From Conidiobolus incongruus B7586 (Eukaryota): DNA of 34,424 bases. The translations under genes were made by a program, and so were the position numbers. The first letter of the stretch is position 1; each line of letters starts with the position of its first letter. Shown piece after piece: positions 24,901 through 34,424 of this stretch. A model generated the notes under the pieces. That model did no database searches and was not told where the DNA came from. It saw nothing but the letters and a program-made list of their open reading frames with translations. The stretch lies in the NCBI GenBank assembly GCA_000697335.1, contig JNEM01006360.1, forward strand, positions 1 through 34,424. The letters run 5' to 3'.

Positions 24901-24992
24901 AGGATGAAGTACTTTTTAGGTTCTAATAGATTTAAACTTGAACTGACTTCTGTTGGCTTTACTTCATTACTTTTAAATATTTTTTGCCACAT
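21940..24992 (-). CDS. FNIP: Folliculin-interacting protein (FNIP family), multi-exon
   Basis: DIRVLVCQD...LFDS, DMMFGTVPMSFKGTTTKLH, LYTTPRIQEPLW, LSHHLSWVPVV, YNPLWAQLSDLYG, ILTYFIRCNE and GRSLMSSYC..YKPDFVLLG match the FNIP N/M/C blocks. ATG at 24992, TAA at 21940. Confidence 0.92.
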
Positions 24993-25093
24993 TATTGATT
25001 AATTTTATTTTATAAGATTTATTATTAAAAAATAAAGTATCAAAAATAATATTATCTTGAACAAATATTAATCAATTAAATATCTTAATTTAG

Positions 25094-25100
25094 TATGGGA
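25094..25100 (-). promoter_or_regulatory. TCCCATA upstream motif, 102 bp from the FNIP ATG
   Basis: Recurring oriented motif; a second copy lies at 25243-25249. Confidence 0.55.
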
Positions 25101-26229
25101 ATTTTAATGATTTAACCCTTTTAATAAATTGCATTTAATTAATTTGACAACTAAACATTGATTAATAAAATTTAATCAAGTTTTAAATATGAATCTTTTA
25201 ATATGCTTATATAAACATTACCATTTAATAACATTTAATAAATATGGGATATTGCATACCAGTAAGATGCATATAACCCAAACATCTTTTTCTTGGGATT
25301 GATTACAGAATATCTTTAAGGAATTATTGTAAAAGGTGGTATGATAACAATTGATCAAGTGTCAATATTATTCAATTTTTTTACAATTGCATTATAATTG
25401 AAGTTGTTAACAAATACCAATTGATAAATATTAACAATCTACTAATAGCATAATTAAATGAAATATATTAAAATTCAAGTCAGACTTAAAATAATAAATG
25501 AATAATGATAATGACTCGATACTGATTATGATTATTATTATTATTATATTTCCTCCAATATCAAAATGATTAATATTTTCAAATTTTTCAAATATACTAT
25601 TATAGATATTGACGATTATTATTCCATAGTTTATCATATTTTCAACAATACTTGATACAATCAAAATTTATTCAATGAATTATTGACTTATTTCTGTTTT
25701 GAATTAACAGTTCCTTATAGTACTGGATTACTGATTATATACAACTTTTACAATTAATATTTTTTTATTTTTGGTTTAATATTTATAAATTAATTAGATA
25801 TATTATTAGAGCAATGATATGAAAATTTTCAATTTGTATAACCCTGATTGAGTTTGACTAATTACAAGTCACAAATATAATTTTTCATTTTAAAAGGTTT
25901 AAAATCATATCCAAATATAAACAGTTTATAGTAATAAAAAGTAACAAAAGAAAAAACCATTAAAATCAAAGATATACATCAATTATCTTAGTATTAAAGA
26001 AAATTTTACAAATTCTAATATATAATTAAGCTCCATATAATATCAATATTAAAAAATTATCAAGGATTTTTAAAATACACTCAGCTGAGTGATGATAGGA
26101 TAATATTACATAATTTGATGGTAATACTTATTATCAAGCTTGTCTAAAGTTGATTAATTTTGATCACATTTGTTTATGTCTTGTATGAAGTTTAATGATC
26201 TTAAGAGGGTAAGCTCTAACATTGGTTTT

Positions 26230-27450
26230 CGAAGACTGGCTTAATTGACTGTTAATTAGTAAAAAATATGCTTCTAGCAGCATTGATATTTTGATTGATT
26301 TATATATATATATATAATTAAGGGCATTTTAAAGCCTTGGTTGTTATAAGTTATATATACAAATAAAAAAATATCCTATATTTTGATTACATCATATTTA
26401 TCATAGTTGATTACATTTTATCTAAGGTGTTTTTTATTCATCCAAACTTTGTTTAAATTTATAATATAATTATTTTGATATTGTTTTCATATTTTTCCCT
26501 CAATACTGTTATTTATTTTTCTTATTGACTTTTGAGTCTTATATTTTTAAAATAAGACAATATAATATTAATCAATTATTAATTAATTAAATACTTTATA
26601 TTTCTTATTTATAAGGTTTTTAACATTTGTTATGTTTTTAGTAATATCTCTTATATAGTTCTTTATATAAATTTTACTTTTAAGATTAATTGGTATATAG
26701 CTTATAAACACCTTTATTAAAACTAAGAGCTAGTGTTATTGATTTTATTGCACTTGGAAACTTGGTTATCATTATTAATTTTATATAGGATTAAAATAAA
26801 TTGATAAGTTTTATTATATATTAATTATTTAATATAATAATTATAATTTACCTTTTTTATCAATTGTTTTAATTATCCAAATCAATTTATATTTTGAACA
26901 CATTAGATAGAAAATAATTACAGTTTTATAATATTTACTCCTATTTATTATAAGGTGTTTTTAATGCTCATTGATTTTTATTTTGAAGCTATTTTAACCT
27001 AAGAATCTAGTTTTTAGTTTTATAATATAAAATATATATTTTTTAACTCAATGAGTAATTAATTAAAGTTTATTGTGTTAAATTATTTTATAGATTTTGG
27101 AGTTAAATCAAAAATTGGAAATATATTGATTCTTTTTTGCTTTTCTTTTGAGTTTTTTGCTCCTTTCTTTTTTATTATATATTATTTTTTCAATGGATTT
27201 TATTTGGTTTTGATTTAATTTTTACCAAATATCAATTGTTGCTTTTTGTTAATAAATAATTATAAATTTTACCCAGACTATTGATATGTTTCCTTGTTAA
27301 AATATTATTTTGGAATGTTGATTTGAGAATTAGAAGTTTCATATTTATTTTTCTGAAATTTAATTTAGAAAACTTGTATTATATTAAAAAACTTATTTTT
27401 ACAAGTAATATTGGCATTTTTAAATATTTCATTTATATATTTATTTTTAA
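26230..27450 (-). pseudogene. Probable degenerate Fanzor/TnpB-family RuvC nuclease gene (boundaries approximate)
   Basis: Motifs on the minus strand occur in the expected order: FNP[-1 nt]IKLIM at about 26795-26770 (DPG-like RuvC-I), LDE*KT..IKC at about 26445-26413 (DExxTS..C), ALKCP at about 26335-26321, and INQNINAARSIFLL at about 26299-26258 (IDRDINAARNI after G>A reversal). Many stops and frameshifts. Confidence 0.5.
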
Positions 27451-28883
27451 TAACTCTCAAAAACCATAATATGTGTATTAAAGTATTGATCCAATATCTT
27501 AAATGATTTTATATTCAAGCAACATTTTATAAGGTATTAGGCTTGTTGATTAAGATCTTGATTTTGATATTATAACACTGTTTATATAGAATATTTTGCT
27601 ATCTTTAAATTAAATACTACTTTACCTTGGATTAAAGAATTATCCAATATTGAAAATTGAGTAAAGCCTGAATCCACTTTGAGCTTATATGGTTTTAACT
27701 TTTAGCTTCGTCTCAATATTTAAGATTGGTTAATTTGGTTGAAATTTGTTCATGCAATTTGGAGGCAAAATACAGCTAAAATCATCTGTGTTTGACTAAA
27801 AATGGCAAAAATGAATTTAGTGCTCTAATATCTAAAACTAAATATCATTGTAAAGTAATATCCAAATATCTATGCTGCAAGCGACAGCTTATCCAAGCCT
27901 TGGTTAAATATTTATAGGCATGCTCAGAATCAATGGAAATTCTGGTTACGGATTTAAATATCAATCTTAATTTTTAGCTTTATCCATTTTATATTATTTA
28001 ATTTAATTCTAGTTTATGCTAAAATATATAAATTTTACTATACATTATTACTTTAAAATATTTTAAAGTGGTTAATATAATTTAATATTATACATTGATT
28101 AATTATCTAACATAAATTGATAATTGTAAATTAATATTATTTCAATCTTTAAATGTACAAAAAGATCCCATAATAATAATTAAGTAAAATTAACTTAAAA
28201 AAGATAAAGCCTAAATATTAAAACTAAACCATAATTTAGGATCCAATAATTTTGATTTTAACTAATTAAATTTAAATGATAAGATCACTATTAAAATTAA
28301 ATTTGGACACTCGTAACTATATCAATCACTTTAGGTAATTTTGTTTTCATTTGTAAAATCTTAATTTTTAAATTAAAACATTCTTCAACTATATTTTAAT
28401 ACATCAACCAGTTTTTTTGTTCATTTAATGTATAATAATCTATTCAACCACTCTAAGTATACTTTATTAAATGATCTATACTTTCAATCTCATTTTAATT
28501 CATTTTTGATATATTACAAAATTTTCAATCAATTATCGACATAGCAGAGTGTAAACAATTATCTTCAATCTAATAACTTTAATTGTGTATTATTTTAACA
28601 TAAGTATTAGAATTTGAGAAATGTTGAAACCTCAATTATATAATGATATTCTATTATAATTGATATTAATTAATTATGTCATATCGATATAAATGAATGT
28701 TCAATCTTAATTACCTTTTAACTTTTCTTCCAAATTCATAATTCCAAACCACGATTAATAAAATTGAATTTAAATTTAATATAAATTCATTAACTTTTTT
28801 CATTTCAATTTAGAATTAATTTAAATACTGCGTACTTAATATCCTCAACCAAACATTTTCAAAATTTTTTTCACGCAAACTCT

Positions 28884-30276
28884 ATGAATCTTACAATCTC
28901 TAATACTTCTTTACCACAAATTTTGGCGGAGGTAAATTTCATCAAGATAAATTTAATAAAATTACTTAATTATTGATTAGGGCGAACCTAATAACAATAC
29001 GAACCCAAGCAGAAAAAACCATTCCAATTCGGACCCTAAAGTAATTTTAAAACCTTACCTTATTAATAACAATTATTTTAATATAGCTTTAGCCAAAAGG
29101 ATTTCAAGTCAAACAAGGCCACAAAAAAGTTGAGCTTGAAGTAAATATATAAATTTATTGAATTACTATTATTTTAATTTTTTTAGAGTATTACTAATTT
29201 AGTTAATAATCTCCATATTGATTCCGACCCTAATTCAAATGTATTTATTCTGAGTTGTTTGTTTTATTTAGAGTATTAATTTGTGTTTTTAGGATAGCTT
29301 TCATTCATCTAGATCTCCTAATACATATACTGGACAACAAGTAATTTGTTTTTAATTTATATTTTAATATAATTATTTGAATAATCTTAGAAACTAACAA
29401 TTTTTATTAGCCTTATATTATCCCTAAATGGCCTAATGATCCAGTAATTTAAATTTATAAAATATAAAAAGTTTTGAAAATTAACGTAAATATTATTGAC
29501 TTTAGGAAACAATATCCAAAGTAGAACAAAATATGATGAAAGCTCAACAAAAGAGAATTCCCATTTTATTAGTATTTGATTTGAATGGAGTATTGGTAAA
29601 ACGCAGTGGAAATAAATACAAAACCATCTTTTTACGCCCTCACATTCACGAACTTGTCGAATTTGCTATGAAAAACTTTTACGTGATGAGTTGGACTACT
29701 GCAAAACCCGTTAATTCCGATAAAATTATTGATGTAGCTTTTGGTCCTTATAGGCCGTACCTTGTAAGCAATTTAACGAGACTACACTGCGAAATTTTAG
29801 GCGACTATTATCAAAATCCGGAAACCATCAAAGATTTGACAGTTATCTGGAATCACGAATTTAAAACCAATCCCAATGAAATATTGAAAACGTTACCATC
29901 TCCACCTACTCAAAAAGTATTTAAAGATATATATTTGAAAGAAATTAACCAAATACCGGACGAAAGGACAAGGCAACTCTATTTGGGTATTGACACCAGT
30001 TCTAATACTATCCCACTACAATTCGACGCTTCCAACACGATATTGATAGACGATTCACCTGAGAAAGCTAAAAATCAGCCAAATAATTACATCCAAATTC
30101 CAGAGTATAAAGGAAACAAATATAACGAGTCGGACAAAAGTTTACTCGGTTTAAAATGGTATCTAAGTGATATGATAGATTATTATAATAGAGAATCCAA
30201 AAAATGCGAATCTGAAGGTATAGAATTTCAATTTTCAGTATTAGATTATATCAAAGCTCACCGTGTTATTTTTTAA
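28884..30276 (+). CDS. FCP1/NIF-type HAD-superfamily domain protein, 7 exons
   Basis: Last exon has LLVFDLNGVLV, FLRPHI, KDLTVIW and NTILIDDSPEKA. Six short upstream exons splice in frame from the ATG at 28884. The 5' model is less certain than the last exon. Confidence 0.82.
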
Positions 30277-31025
30277 TATTGATATATTTTTTAATTTGAA
30301 ATGCTATAAATAAATCTTAGAATTGCTATTAACTAATTGATATGTTTAATTTATTCTTAATTATTGAGAAATGAACTATAAATTCCAAATATAGCATGTT
30401 ATTACCATATTTCATTTATATTATCAATTATTTTAAACCAAATACCAAATTATACTTTTTTGAATTTATCAATCATTAAATTTCAAAATTTTATAACAAT
30501 TGATTAGCATTAAAAAATTCTTTCAATATATCTAAATAATATTGCCAACCATACCAAATACAGTATAGTCTCTGTTAGAATATATTAAATTGAAATCTAA
30601 CAATAGTGAGAAAAAAATTGAATTTATTAAAATTGTTAATAAAGTGAGATGAATTTTAAAAGTATTAATTTTAATATAAAATCAAAAAATAATATTTGAA
30701 ACATGATGTAATAATGATTAAATAAAAAATTTGAATGTATAAAGTATAAAACTCGTTAATATAACTGTGTAAAAGTTTATATATCGCACATTTAAAGATA
30801 TTGATATCATATTTAAGATTTGGGCAACCTTATTAACACACTATAAAATTATTACTATCAATAAACTAAGGAAATTGTTAATATTATTAACTGTTTCCGA
30901 CACACCTCAAAGCCCCTCACAATAAATTATCCCAAAACTATAATAAATTTTGATTAAATTTCTAAAATAAAAATAGTTTAATTTATTTTTCGAGGTTTAT
31001 AATATATCAGATAGTTTCGTCTCAA

Positions 31026-31488
31026 TTATTGTTGGGTTTGTTCTGGATGAGGTTGCTAAAAATAGTAAAATAAATAAATTTTGAAAAATATAGTGTGAAA
31101 AAATATTTACCTGGGCACTTGGGTCAACACCTTGAGGGTACTGACCACTTCTCATCAACAATTCCTGGTCCTTCTCGTAGGCGATCATCAGGGGTAAAAG
31201 AACAACAAAAGCACTTGTACTCAACACCCAACCAGTCTTACCCAAGATTGAGAAAGCGGTGTGAACTCCGTTATAAACTGATGAGAAAGTTCTAGAAATA
31301 GCCAAACGTTGGTTGGGAGGGATAATATCTTTAAGAGCGTAAATTCTGTCCATAAGGGTTTCGTCGTCGAATTCTTCATCTTCATCGTCATCGGTGTATT
31401 GGTCGTCGTCGGTATACTCTTCTTCAACATCTTCAACAACTACTTTATCGGCTTTTTGGTTGGTGGGGATTTCTTTTAAAATAACCAT
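31026..31488 (-). CDS. TOM22: Mitochondrial import receptor Tom22, 2 exons
   Basis: MVILKEI, an acidic stretch, DETLMDRIYALKDIIPP and GKTGWVLSTSAFVVLLPL. One intron at about 31110-31056; last exon QPHPEQTQQ*. Confidence 0.95.
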
Positions 31489-31589
31489 TATGACAGTTTA
31501 ATAGGAATAATATATATTAAGTCTTATTTTAAGTTTATTGATTGAATCTAAATCGGAAATACTTAATCTCAATTTTTAAAATCTACAAT

Positions 31590-31596
31590 TATGGGA
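31590..31596 (-). promoter_or_regulatory. TCCCATA upstream motif, 102 bp from the TOM22 ATG, inside the 279-bp TOM22/UTP13 divergent interval
   Basis: Recurring oriented motif. Confidence 0.55.
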
Positions 31597-31767
31597 TATT
31601 ATTAATTTCTAATATTAATTTGATAAAAAAACAACACTACATAGTTTTAACTCAATCTTTAACTTAGATTTAATATTAAGAAAATTAAAAAACAACAATA
31701 AATTATTATATATAGATATAATTAAATTATAGAATCTAACAATTATTAAATATTTAAATTATAAATA

Positions 31768-34424
31768 ATGTTGAATACTGTTAAACTCAAGACTAAGTAA
31801 TTTGTCTCCAAATCTTGATCAAAGAAAATTTTTTAATTTTAATATTTTAGTTATAAGCTAGCGAATTCTATTGACACCATATATACTGGTGGTACGGTGC
31901 AAATAAATTTACCTACGAACCGATTATTCACAACTTTGGGTGAGGATATTATAATATCTGACTTAACAACTGGTCAAAAAATTCAAACCTTATCGGGTGT
32001 AAGTGTAATATTTAAAAGAGATTAGGAATTGGTATTAAATTAACGGGTTTAGGATTCCGAAGATATTACATGCTTCGCAGTGAATCCTCAGGGAACTTAC
32101 TTGGTGAGTGCTAGTAGAAGTTTGCAGGTTCAAATTTGGGATTTAGAGAGTTTTAAGGTGGTTAATACTATTAGAGTAAGTAATAAAATTATGTATTTAT
32201 TGAGTTATTTGATATATTAATAAAAAATGGTAGCTCAGAGATACACCAATCATTGTCATGGCAATTGATCAATCTGGAACTTTAGTAGCTTTGGGATCGG
32301 CAGATAGTACGATTCAAATCTACCACATTACAAAGGGATATTGCACCCACAATTTTAAACGTCACGGAGGGGTTGTCAGTGCTCTGAAATTTTTCACACC
32401 TCCCAAGACTAAGGACATGAATCAGATCTGGCTCGCTTCCGGCGCCAACGACTGTAAGATTATCCTGTGGGATTTGAAAACTAGTCAGCATTTGGCTACC
32501 TTCAACCATCATGGATCTGTTATTCGAGGTCTTGACTTCACTCCAGATGGCTCCATTCTGCTAGCGGGTTCCAGAGATAAGACCGTGTCGCTATGGAATA
32601 CAAAAACTTTGAAACTTATGAAATCCATCCCACTTTACGAATCTGTCGAAGATGTTGGATTCATTAGATCTAGTGATGATACAGACGATATGCCCACCCA
32701 ATTTTACACCGGTGGCGAATCTGGACTACTTAAGATCTGGGACCTCGAATCTGGCGAAGAGTTGATCGTCCAAGTGCAAGAGGGTTCTACCTCGCACCAA
32801 ATCACTCAAACCCTCTACTTGAAGGATGTTCAGCAGCTGGTTGCAGTCACTGATGACCACAATTTGATCTTCTACTCGGTTGAAGATCATCTAGCTAGAG
32901 TGAAGCAAATCGTCGGGTATAACGAAGAGATTATCGATTTGAAACTGTTGGAATATACCTACAACAATGAAGAGCATTCTCACCTACTCGTTGCTTCCAA
33001 CAGTGAGCAATTGAAGGTAATTGATTTGGCTACATCTTGCACTGATCTTTTATTTGGTCACTCCGATATTGTTGTGTCGTTGGCTACCAATCCCTCAGGT
33101 ACAGTATTTGCTTCAGGCTCTAAGGATAACACTGCTAGAATTTGGAGAGCCAATGTTGGGGAACAATTAAGGTATATTGAATATACTCAACAATACCGTA
33201 TATTTTTACTAACAATGATTTAGCTTTGAATGTTTGGCAGAATGTGTGGGTCATAACGAAGCTGTTGGGGCTATTGCGCTCTCTAAAAAATCTAATGGCC
33301 CTCAATATTTAGTCACCGGTAGCGAAGATTTAACTGTGAAATTATGGGAATACACTGATTATGGTATTTTTAATTATATTAACCATGTATTATAATTTCA
33401 TTAAATTAATTTATTTAGTTGACTCAGACCTCGAAGATACCGAAATTCCTAAACTGCAATCCAAATACACCTTCAAGGCTCACGACAAAGCTATCAACTG
33501 CGTAACATTTGCCCCCAACGACAAAATCTTTGCCACCGCATCCCAGGACAAGACTGTCAAGGTTTGGAATACCGCCGACGGTTCTTTATTAGGCACTTGC
33601 ACGGGTCACAAACGAGGCGTTTGGTCCGTTGAATTTTCTCCTGTCGAACAGATTATGGTAACTAGCTCAGGTGACAAAACAGTTAAGATCTGGTCCCTTA
33701 AGGACTTCTCATGTCTCAAAACCTTCGAAGGCCACACCAACACCGTATTGCGCGCAAGTTTCCTATCTAGCGGCTTACAAATTGTATCCTGTGGCGCTGA
33801 CGGTTTAGTAAAATTGTGGACTATTAAGAATAACGAATGTGTCGCTACTTTGGATGGTCATACCGAAAAGGTAATTATTAATTCAAGATTTTGGAATTTT
33901 GATATTAATTAACTTTCAGATTTGGTGTCTTGCAACCTCCAAAGACGAACAATTTCTAGTGACGGGAGGTGCCGACTCTGTTATCAATTTGTGGGAGGAT
34001 ACTACGGAATCAGATCAGCAAGCCAAGCGCGAGGAGGAAGAAGCCAAGATTATTCAGTAAGTTTGATCCTAACCCAACACCATTTCATTCGTTAATATTT
34101 TGAATTTTAGAAATCAAGAGCTATCAAATTTCATGGTACAAAAGGACTATAAGAATGCTATCAAATTGGCTATTAAATTAAATCACCCATTTCAATTACT
34201 CAATATCCTTTATAAAGTGCTGGAAAACTCATTCACCAAGGACAGTATTACAGGTAGTTTAGATATTGACGAAATCTTTTCCAAATTACCTCAAGATCAG
34301 GTAACATCTACAATTATATCATATGATAAGGAAATATTAAAATATTATTTAGTTGCAACAAATATTGAAATATATCTGTGATTGGAATACCAATTTCAAA
34401 CATTCCCCAATTGCCCAAAATCTT
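31768..34424 (+). CDS. UTP13: U3 snoRNP WD40 protein Utp13/TBL3, 3' end outside the window
   Basis: LKT|NY....IYTGG, GYCTHNFKRHGGVV, KQIVGYNEEIIDL, GHKRGVWSVEFSP, FEGHTNTVLR and the C-terminal QELSNF...DYKNAIKLAIKLNHP. Confidence 0.95.

Noticed and set aside
25240..25664. GPCR-like pseudogene on the minus strand
   Set aside because: Only a weak LTLDQL resemblance and low-complexity hydrophobic translation.
26332..27905. AAGCCTTGGTT at about 26332 and 27895 as element-bounding direct repeats
   Set aside because: Only 11 bp, and the first copy lies inside the putative nuclease relic.
4213..32512. Alternate-frame and antisense ORFs overlapping real genes (e.g. 4213, 4343, 9140, 9985, 17759, 18416, 21076, 24254, 31095, 32282)
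   Set aside because: They are shadows of the identified genes with no independent coding evidence.
1..34424. CRISPR arrays, rRNA, tRNA or a biosynthetic gene cluster
   Set aside because: No repeat-spacer structure or RNA-gene signature was seen, and the genes are functionally unrelated housekeeping loci.

Overview
Very AT-rich eukaryotic nuclear DNA with compact genes and many short (about 45-70 nt) GT-AG introns. The gene content is fungal; an early-diverging lineage such as Zoopagomycota is an inference from composition and gene set, not a lookup. Twelve protein-coding loci can be read: LYC1-like GNAT, COA3, QDPR, RIX1-like, NAP/SET chaperone, SYP1/FCHo, SFM1, an Hv1-like voltage-sensor protein, FNIP, an FCP1/NIF-domain protein, TOM22 and a partial UTP13. 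Features the ORF track misses: (1) a near full-length DD34D mariner transposase relic, heavily C>T/G>A mutated, with a 97-bp inverted copy at the window start; (2) a similarly mutated probable Fanzor/TnpB relic near 26.2-27.4 kb; (3) an Hv1-like gene with an in-frame TGA and Asn at both the D112- and R208-equivalent positions; (4) an oriented TCCCAYA motif about 100 bp upstream of several start codons; (5) two GC-rich structured intergenic islands that may be ncRNA. All calls are from manual reading and recalled family motifs; no searches were run.
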